Below the pieces are notes generated by a model. It was not told the origin of the DNA, searched no databases, and saw only the letters and a list, made by a program, of their open reading frames with translations. A stretch of 64,000 bases of DNA from Podarcis erhardii (Eukaryota), in the NCBI GenBank assembly GCA_964252035.1, contig OZ176204.1; one strand, written 5' to 3'. The position numbers and the translations under genes are program-made. Within the stretch, counting starts at the first letter, position 1. Each line of letters starts with the position of its first letter. Shown one piece after another: positions 1-64,000 of the stretch.

Positions 1-195
1 TGCTGACATAGTGATGCGGGTTATTCCACTATGGGTTTCTAAGCATCTGACTACTTTTCAGGGGTACCACAGCAAATTGTGGTGCGTTAGAATAGAAAAA
101 CAATGAATTATTTGAAGGGTTAAAATGCATCATCTTTGTGAGCCCATGATGAGGGTTGGTGTCAGCTAATTAAAACACTTTTGAAATTCTCTTAG

Positions 196-55484
<55,289 letters not shown>

Positions 55485-57145
55485 AAAGAACCCTTATTTT
55501 ATTCCTCAAAGGAGTAAGAAAACAAGAATGTCTACCTACCATGTGAAAAAAAAGAGCCTTTCTTCAGACACACAGGATTTTTGTTTGTACATATGAATTG
55601 TAGGGACCAAAACAAAAGCAAAAAATTGGCAAAAGGTGTTATGATCACACCAGGGGAAAAAGTGGTGTACTTTGGAATGCCAAACAATTTTCAGAAGAAG
55701 AATTTTACGGGCCATATTTGGATGCCAGTTGACAGGTCTGGATACCGCAACACACTTTCTACATTCAGTGGACCAGTTGGACTTGAGGCAAATGTTGGGT
55801 CAGCCTTCCTTGTTTATTTTGTAATATTTGGAGAAAATATATGTTGGCACACACTTACAGAGCACAAATGCAGTATATAGGTGCTGGATGTATGTAAATA
55901 TAATCAAATATGTATAAATATATATTATATATATTTACAATGAATTATTTTTTGTATTGATTTGAAAATGGATGTCTCACTTCACCAAGCAAAATTAGCC
56001 TTTTTTAAAAAAAGAAACAGCTACCTGTAATTGCTGTTCATACATAAAACTTTTCTTTTTTAAAATATCACCACCTAAAGGTGAAAAAATACTTTGCTTT
56101 CAGGGAAAATTGTTATCTCATTAATTTATTAATTAATTGGTAATGTACAAAACAATTAATCTTTTATAGGGTTGTGTTATTTTGTAATTTAAATGGCATT
56201 TCTATGCAGACAGCACAGAGAACTAGTAGATATATTGCTCAAACTTTACTAGTTGTCAGATCTTTTTTTAAAAAAAGAGAGAAATATTTACGGTATATAA
56301 CTAATTTTGGGAATTAAGGTTTTGATTAATTTGGGTTGTTTTTTTAACAGTGACATGCTATACATGTCTACCCTTTGAGTTCAGCAGGTATAGGATTGCA
56401 GCCTAAACTCTCAGAAATAAAAAAAGTATCCTTTAATGAGAAAGTATTTTGCTCCCTGTATTGCCAGGTGTGTAGCTGTTTAGGTTGTCACACTTTACAA
56501 CTCCTCAAATCCAAAAAAGTTAGATGGCCACCCCTGTTCATTTAATTAAATTGCTCAGTAGAATGACCCAAAAGTCTGAGACTTATTCCATAGTATTCTA
56601 GCTTGTCTAAACTTCTACAATTTTTAAATGCCCTAAACCTCAATTCTTAGCTTTCTGTACATGCTTCAGATTAGCAACTATGTTTGCTGAACGTCCAATA
56701 ATGCTTTTGGATATTTTGATCAAACACACGCTTTTGAGGCTCCTCTTGTACTACGAGAGCACCGAGGTTGTCATCATGGCAATTACAGAAATTCATGTTG
56801 GAATCTGACCATCTTTCTGAGGGGTTATTTTATTCTTGCTCCATTACAGCTTTCCAAACCATCCTGCTGTACCAGGTGTCAGCCCTGGTGCCTGGCCAAA
56901 AATATTACTGCATTTCTATAACTTGTCTTTCAGAATTTAAAGCATTATGTTTTCACATTCAAATCACCTTTCACGCTGGTGTAGCCATGCAATATGAATG
57001 CAATCCATACCGACTTTACATGTTTTTTAAAATGGGGGGAGGGGGTAAAAAGTATTAAAATCTGTTAATTTTTGTACTGACAATAAAAATCTTTCTACGG
57101 ATATTAATGTTAACATTACAAAATAAATGTCATGCATCTTATTTT
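55485..57145 (+). other. FGFR2: FGFR2 3'UTR (end approximate)
   Basis: AU-rich sequence from the stop to tandem AATAAA at 57082 and 57122, followed by U- and GU-rich sequence (57140-57162). Confidence 0.75.
57082..57127 (+). terminator. Tandem polyadenylation signals AATAAA (57082-57087, 57122-57127)
   Basis: Two canonical hexamers. TGTA upstream at 57073. U-run and catttgtgtct downstream. Confidence 0.75.
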
Positions 57146-57314
57146 TTTAAATCATTTGTGTCTTACAAAATGGCTTCGGGTTTTCTGCGATAATATAGCC
57201 AGAAATGGAATGAACACCCATTAGTTTGTGTTAGTTATTGTTAATGTATGACTGTTCACATTCAGCACAATCCATTACACGTCATTTCCAGACCATTCCC
57301 AATTTATTTCAGTA

Positions 57315-57535
57315 CAGTGGTACCCCGGGTTACAGACGCTTCAGGTTACAGATGCCGCTAACCCAGAAATAGTACCTCGGGTTAAGAACTTTGCTTCAGG
57401 ATGAGCACAGAAATCGTGCGGCGGCGGCGGCAGCAGGAGGCCCCATTAGCTAAAGTGGTGCTTCAGGTTAAGAACAGTTTCAGGTTAAGAAGGAACCTCC
57501 AGAATGAATTAAGTTCTTAACCCGAGGTACCACTG
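57315..57535 (-). mobile_element. Tigger-like MITE family B, copy 4 (orientation B)
   Basis: TA|cagtggtaccccggg ... cccgaggtaccactg|TA. Confidence 0.92.
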
Positions 57536-59930
57536 TAGTTGGAAAAGGGCAACCAAGTATTGTTAATAATAATGCTAATAGTAAGCAAAAAGACAAGCAA
57601 AGTTTGTCCCCATACAAAAAGGCCAAAATGCAAAAGATTATAAAGCTGCATTGTACCAGTGACTCTGCAATGGAGTGCTTTACACTGGGCTTAAAGAATT
57701 CAATTTTTTTTTGTTCTCTCGGGAACAGAAAAGGTCATGAAGGGGTCATGGAAGGGCTAGAAGAGTGCTAAGTGCAGCACAAACTCCTTCACATGCCCCC
57801 CTTTTAGAGAATTCAATGGCATAATCTGTTCAAACAAGAAAAAGTGAGAATTTATGGAAAACTCCATCCTGCCAAGAACCACGTTTCAAAGAGGGTTGTG
57901 GCCAAGATACAATATTTCGTCTAGACATTTCTCTCTGGCGCAGTTTATTTTATTTTATTTTTATTTTATTTGTTAAAGGTCTATATTCAGTAGAATATAG
58001 TGCTTCCTTCTGCCCCAAATTCTGTTGCCACAGAGATGTACAAACTGGAAACTAAATACTGAGCTATGGACACTTACAAAAACAATAGCATCAATGTCAC
58101 AATTCTATGTCATTACATCCCAGAGTCAGTGTGTTCAAGGAAACTTCAAACATTTGCTATAGAGTCATCTTATTTTGGGAATCAATATGGCATGTTGCCT
58201 TTAAGCCAAATATGAAGCTATTGATTCACACAAAAGGTTTGCCGCTGGGATCTATAACATGAAAATGTCCTCTCTCCCTTTCATTAACTCATGTGTGTGC
58301 ATGCTTGTTGCATAGAGTGTTAAAGCCTTCAAAGTTACTAGTAGCATTTATTTTGATGCTAACATACAGGCAGATAGTATCCCTGTTCAAGGTACCCATT
58401 GAACTTCATGACTGACATAGATTCTAATTTTTGCTTGGTCACTATCGGTTTAACCTACCTCTCTTGGTTGTTGTGAAGATAGAGAACTTGACATGTACAC
58501 AGCATTGAATTCACTGGACTAAGTGCAACATAAGCATTTAAATGCACTTTATGAGTTATTCTGTGAATTACTTAATGTAATTTGACAACTGAATAGTATT
58601 TTTTCCAACATGAATGGCTATAGCTGCAATGGTTGTAAAACCAGAAAAACAAAACAAGTGATTTTTGCAAATTAGATTTAGTGGGTTTTTTTAAAAAAAA
58701 TAAATCAACAAGACGTCCTTCCAGCATCTTAGAATACATTGTTTTCGGAGGCCTTTAGCAAAAAGATCAGAGGCTTTTGAGCTGTCTAATCTGACTTCTG
58801 ACAAGTTCATGCAGGCTGCTCCCATACATAACTTAGAAATAAGTTCCAGTAAGTTCAGTGGGACTAACTCCTTCATATGTGGGCATAGAACTGTAGCTTT
58901 TAAAAGTCACAGTAGTAAGTTTCATTTTGAGTGTTAGCTGCGATAACCTTTTGCCTATCACTCACAACCACACCAAGGGATGGTGAAATTATACATTCCA
59001 GGCCTCCTTAAAAGTCAATAAACTTAGTTCTCACCCACACATGCCCTCATACAATACTTTGTATCCCAGATACAAAGCTTTCAAACACTTGACTGATTAA
59101 AATAGCCCTGCCTAATGATTCCAAAGAACAACAACTTTTGGATCATTTAAGGGAGTTTGCAATGTGTGCTTAGAAGAGTTTGTTCTGAAATTGATGCACC
59201 AAATACCGGTAATTTTGGGGCCAAATCATTCTGAAATGGGCCAAGAAATTTCACCTCAATGGAAGACATTTGTTTTAGGATCATTACATAGTTTTTTCCC
59301 ATAGTGGGATCAGGTAGCATTTTATTATTTGTAGCCTGCTAGCTTCACCAAATGGTCCCAGGGTATTGTGGAAAGAGCTATGGGTTCAAGATTCAATGCC
59401 ATCTGGATATCCTGCTATATAAACATGAAGGGAAAGGATAGTAGAAGTCTCCTCAGTTACAACTGAGAGCAAAGCCAGAGAAGACCATTTGGGAGGGAGT
59501 AAATTCAGTGCGATGGTGGCATATTGTTGTTTCAGCATTTGTTGGGACATGAGGAAGGAGCAGGGTAAGCATTTTGAAACAAGGAGATTTGAAATTCTCG
59601 TCAAACTTTCAACATAGACGGGTTCTTGCAGTGGTCCATGGCATTGCAATGCCTACAGCAGAAAATTTAAATCACAACCCTTCCAGCATGGTGGTAAAAA
59701 TATAACGTGTCATTGAATTTTTTATGATAAATTAAATTATTAATTAAATTTAATGATAAGTTAAAATTTTAATGAAAATTATGGAGAAAGTGGTAGAGAG
59801 TTTTTCTCATAACAGCAGAACTGGACATCCAGTGAAACTAAGGTACTTCAAACAGCACATAAACTATGGAAATTGCTCCAACAGGAAGCTATGATGACCA
59901 CCAATTTATATGATTTTTAAAGTAGATTGG

Positions 59931-60170
59931 AGAAATTCGTAGAGGTCAAGGCTATTAATGGCTACTAGCCATGATGGCTATGCTCTGCCTCAATGGTCAC
60001 AGGCAGTAATGCTTATGAATGCCAGTTGTAGGAAACCACAGTGCAGAAGACCACTTGTACTCAGGTTCCGTTTACGTGTTTCCCACAGGCAACTGGTTGA
60101 CAACAGAACAGGACACTGGTCTCAATTGGCCATTGGGCTGCTCCAGCAGACTCATCTTTTCTTACATCTT
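59931..60170 (+). mobile_element. CR1/L2-group LINE 3' end, decayed; ends approximate
   Basis: atggctactagccatgatggcta..ccagttg..ccagcagactc..ttcttacatctt; homologous to 31531-31748. Confidence 0.6.
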
Positions 60171-60368
60171 AAAATTGGTGCTTGTGGCAAGTCACATTCT
60201 CCTTCCTAATGTCAGAGTTAACCCCAACCTCATCTTCCCATTCAGAATTGGTCTACTACACTTCATTTTTAATTATTGGGGGTGATTTTTGTGCTTAAAG
60301 TGGGCGAGAGATTTGATCAAACTACACACATATGGCTCACATAGTTTATAAAATCTTCAAAACATACT

Positions 60369-60885
60369 TGGCATCAAGTAGTATGGGAAACAGCCTTATT
60401 AGAAAAACTAACCAATAAATTGAAACTGACACGGGGACAAATAGAAGATGCCTTCACCCCAGTATGGTTCCTCTTTGCCACATACACAGCCCAACAAGAC
60501 AACAACAAGAATCCGCCAACAACATACGAATCAATCTGGCTAACCTGATCCAAACACACACGCACCCCACTCACACACAAAAACAAATCTCATTACAGCC
60601 AACCAAAGACAAGAAAGACAACCAACCATACCCTAGGCCACTGCCAACCACTCTCACCCCCAAAGAAATACAAGTGAATAGTAAGAGAACCCACACAAGT
60701 GACGCTGACACAACACCCCTCACGTACATTAAGCAGAAGAATAGAAACTTTGCCACCTAACCCCACATCACTCTCCCCTCCCCCTCTTCCCCACTTTCCT
60801 TCCTAACCTAACACTGTATGTAACACTAATGTCTCACAACAAATGAAACCGATCTGTAGAAAATGAAACTTGAAACTTGAAAAAA
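60369..60885 (+). mobile_element. L1/Tx1-type LINE 3' end (ORF2 C-terminus + C/A-rich 3'UTR); 3' end approximate
   Basis: Stop-free frame 60369-60548 WHQVVWETALLEKLTNKLKLTRGQIEDAFTPVWFLFATY..WLT* (W..EKLT..F..W..F..Y pattern), then a strongly G-poor UTR and an A-rich end. Confidence 0.65.
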
Positions 60886-60919
60886 GAGACAATGCTCATA
60901 TTTTTGTAAACTCAATCAT

Positions 60920-60922
<3 letters not shown>

Positions 60923-60962
<40 letters not shown>
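60923..60962. repeat. (CA)20 microsatellite
   Basis: Direct read. Confidence 0.95.
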
Positions 60963-60966
<4 letters not shown>

Positions 60967-62305
60967 GCTATCAGGTTTTGAATTGATTTCAGTACCAGTC
61001 ACAACATATTCTTTCTTATTTATGGCTAAGAATCTGTCACTGCCCAAAAGCTATAGAGCCATGAGTGAAGGGTGGCTCTTCCTGGCCAGTGTCTCCTTTT
61101 ACAGGAGAACGAGGGGGAAGAAATAAGCCAGGTTTTAAGTTTTCTGCCAGGTGCCTAAGCTTTAACCATAATTTGTTAGCTATTGTTGACATAGCTATGG
61201 ATAATGTTAACCATGACTTAGCATTGTGTGCAAACCAGTACACTGAATGCTTCTCATGACTTTCTACAGTATATGAAGGAAGAGAAATGCATTATGTTTG
61301 CTATCTACTATATCTACTCTCAGGGCCCTTCCTCCTTCCAAACCTGCTGGCCCCAAGAGTCTCTTTGCCCTAGCATGAAGCATCAGTCGTTCGAACACAT
61401 GTGTCCTCAAAGGCTTCCATATCTTCAAGATTTCTTTGTAACTCTAACTGCACACAGCCGCGGCCCCCATTAATCACCCTGTTCTCCATGACAATCAGTA
61501 GATTTACGGTATAGTATTTATGAAACACAGAATGCAATTAAGTGCCATCAGTCAACTTGGCTATAGTTTCCAGATCCTCTTGAATCCATTTCAAACTTCA
61601 GGGTGGTTTGGTCAAAGTGGGGCTACACAGGAGATGAGCTTTGCAAAGGGCTTTAACTTTCAGCTATTCCAGATGCAGAGCAAAGATCGATTCAAGATAA
61701 TGAGGCTCATGCTTAAGAGTCACTGTGGAGTTCCTCACATGTATCATTCTGTTTCAGTGAGTATGGAGAACTGCGAAATGACATAGAGCAAGATCTCCAT
61801 CTCTGCAGCAACAGGAGTAGATTTGATGCTGCCTCTTCAGTTTGAATGAAGCAGCTATTAATACAATATTCTATCTTGGAAGAAGGCAGATTTCTGTTAA
61901 TTCAGGCCAAGAAAGTGATATTTCGCAAGTTCTGCAAAGCCACATGGCTACATAAGTAAACAATTTTGTGCACCCTCTTTTTAGAAAGACACGTCTTTTG
62001 TTATTTTGATTGCAACAGCATTTCCCTCCTTCCCTCCATGGAAATGTATGTGTTTATATATGTGTGTGCCTGTGTTAGGCAAAAGGAATAGATAACTGCT
62101 TTGTCTGACATCTGAAGCAACACAGGGATATGCAACATCTGGCTACAGACGGAATTGATATTGGCTGAGGGACTCCTGGTAATATTGCAAGACTTCTCCC
62201 CACCCCCACCCCTTCAACTATACCATTTTTGGAAAGGCAAGTTCAGAAAGAATACAAAAAATAATAAGGGAATTCAAAAACTTGTGAGGTTTTTTCATGG
62301 GAGCA

Positions 62306-62519
62306 GAGTGGTACCTCAGGTTACAGACTCCACTAGCCCAGAAATAGTACCTTGAGTTAAGAACTTTGCTTCAGGATGAGAACAAAAATTGTGTGGTGGC
62401 AGCAGCAGCAGCAGCAGCGGGAGGCCCCATTAGCTCAAGTGGTACCTCAGGTTAAGAACAGTTTCAGGTTAAGAACGGACATCGAGAACAAATTAAGTTC
62501 TTAACCCGAGGTACCACTG
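62306..62519 (-). mobile_element. Tigger-like MITE family B, copy 5 (orientation B, degenerate left end)
   Basis: gagtggtacctcagg ... cccgaggtaccactg|TA. Confidence 0.85.
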
Positions 62520-63507
62520 TATTCAACTAAGGCTTGTTCATAGTAAACCCACTGAAATAAATGGATGGGACTAAGTTAGGTCCATTATTTTAAGCAAGTC
62601 TACTTTGAGTAAAACTTAGTGAAATTCAGTCACCCACCTCCCACTGCAGCGTCTCTACCAAATGGTTTCTTAGTGTGATTCCTCCTCCTTTTAGAGAGCT
62701 AGGCATGTGCAGCCGCAGCTGCTGAATCAGACCAAGGATTCATGCACACAGAACCTGTTTGCACATCCATGATTTTAGCTAGGGACACACAGAGAGCAGA
62801 AACCTGAGGTTAGTGCTTGTCAACCTTGTTTTCTTTAAAAACAAACACACAGATAAAAATCCTAACATACAAATCTCACAGCCCACTTCAAACCTGGCTC
62901 CTCTAATTATTTTACTTGGATTTCCAAAAGGGTTGAAACATGACTTTTAAGAAGCTTTACAACAAAAGCAAAGCACTGGTCATTTTAAAAGAAATTTTCA
63001 GATTTTCAAAAAATAAGCATGAAATTTTAAATTAGGATTCAGCTTTAATTATTATCAGTGCAACCATTGATTCTGCATGCTTGTCATAAGCTTTTGGATT
63101 CTGGGCACATCCTACGTCCCTTTCAACATCCAGTCTGTTGTGCTCCTTTGCTTTAATTGCCATAAGAACATAGGAACCAGCTTTGGGTGAAATCAGAATG
63201 ATGATGTGCAGGCACTGATTTCCTGTTTTGGGGGTACACAGGGAGAAACTTCAACCAAAACATTTCAGAAGTGAATTGTTCAAAATCGTCTTTGGCATGT
63301 TGATTCAAACATCAGTTTCAAAAATGCCTCTTGGAGGACTGAATGCCAGTGATTAAAAGGGTTCCTTGTAAGCTTCCATGCTAATGGACATGAGATAATT
63401 TCAAACTACAATTCATCCATGATGACATACAGATCACATAATAAGTTGTGTACGGTCTTGTCACCTTCCAAACATAACATTTCACACTACTATAGTAAAA
63501 TATTGTC

Positions 63508-64000
63508 TGTTATGTACTTATATTGTACATCTTTTTTGGAACACAAGGTCTTTATACACCCCTCTGGTTGAGAAACAGCCCTAGTGTTCTGAACTCTTGG
63601 CCTACCTGGTAGGAAAAATAGTCCAGGGTCAATCCAAGTAGCCAAGTCTGAAGTCCAGCAGTCAGCATACAGTCCAGAGTTGAACCCAAAGCACAGTCCC
63701 TTAGAGGTCCAGGAGTATCCAAGCCAAGGTCCCTCAACAGGGGCAGTTAAGCAGACACAGCACCTCTGCTTTGCTACTCTGCGTGCTGATTGCAGCATCT
63801 GGGTTTGATGAGGCATGAGACCCTCACCTGCTCCAAACCTACTTCAGCTGAGGAATCACACACCTCCTCCCAGAGCTAGCGAGCCCCACCTGGCCAGCTA
63901 GGAATCTGGGCTGTGGGCCCTCGCCTGCCTCTGCCTCATAGTGCATTCCTCCTGCTGCTCCCTATGCGTCAGAGCTTGCTGTGTTTGGGGAGACAGGGAC
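63508..64000. mobile_element. Possible LTR-like repeat running off the window end
   Basis: Starts TGTTATGTAC; shift to about 50-55% GC; repeated agtcca/gtccag motifs. No second LTR or PBS is visible. Confidence 0.3.

Noticed and set aside
59710-59780. Imperfect AT-only palindrome
   Set aside because: Low-complexity sequence; self-complementarity is expected at over 85% AT.

Overview
This window is vertebrate genomic DNA, almost certainly from a squamate reptile and probably a lacertid lizard (inferred from Sauria SINEs, a BovB tail and squamate-type MITEs). It holds the 3' three-quarters of FGFR2 on the + strand. I read 14 coding exons by hand with their splice sites: the end of IgII, IIIa, the mutually exclusive IIIb and IIIc, the TM exon, the kinase exons and the C-tail with its stop at 55484. 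A 3'UTR of about 1.65 kb with tandem AATAAA follows, then about 7 kb of downstream sequence. The IIIc path sums to 1842 nt (613 aa + stop), matching human FGFR2c from V209 to the end. The introns contain many identifiable transposons. I found no second gene and nothing I can honestly call a new biological system. The known, directly visible highlights are the IAS2/ISAR long-range RNA duplex and the non-canonical GA 5' splice site. Less expected observations are: apparent loss of the U-rich TIA-1 site after exon IIIb; a triple-nested transposon whose L1 has a perfect 39-bp TSD; an inverted MITE pair that could form dsRNA or affect circRNA formation; a Microprocessor-shaped intronic hairpin; a retro-insertion that supplies an AATAAA behind the TM exon; and a 3'UTR stem-loop. 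Comparisons to human or chicken sequence are from memory and need alignment to confirm. Exon numbers use the convention IIIa=7, IIIb=8, IIIc=9, TM=10.
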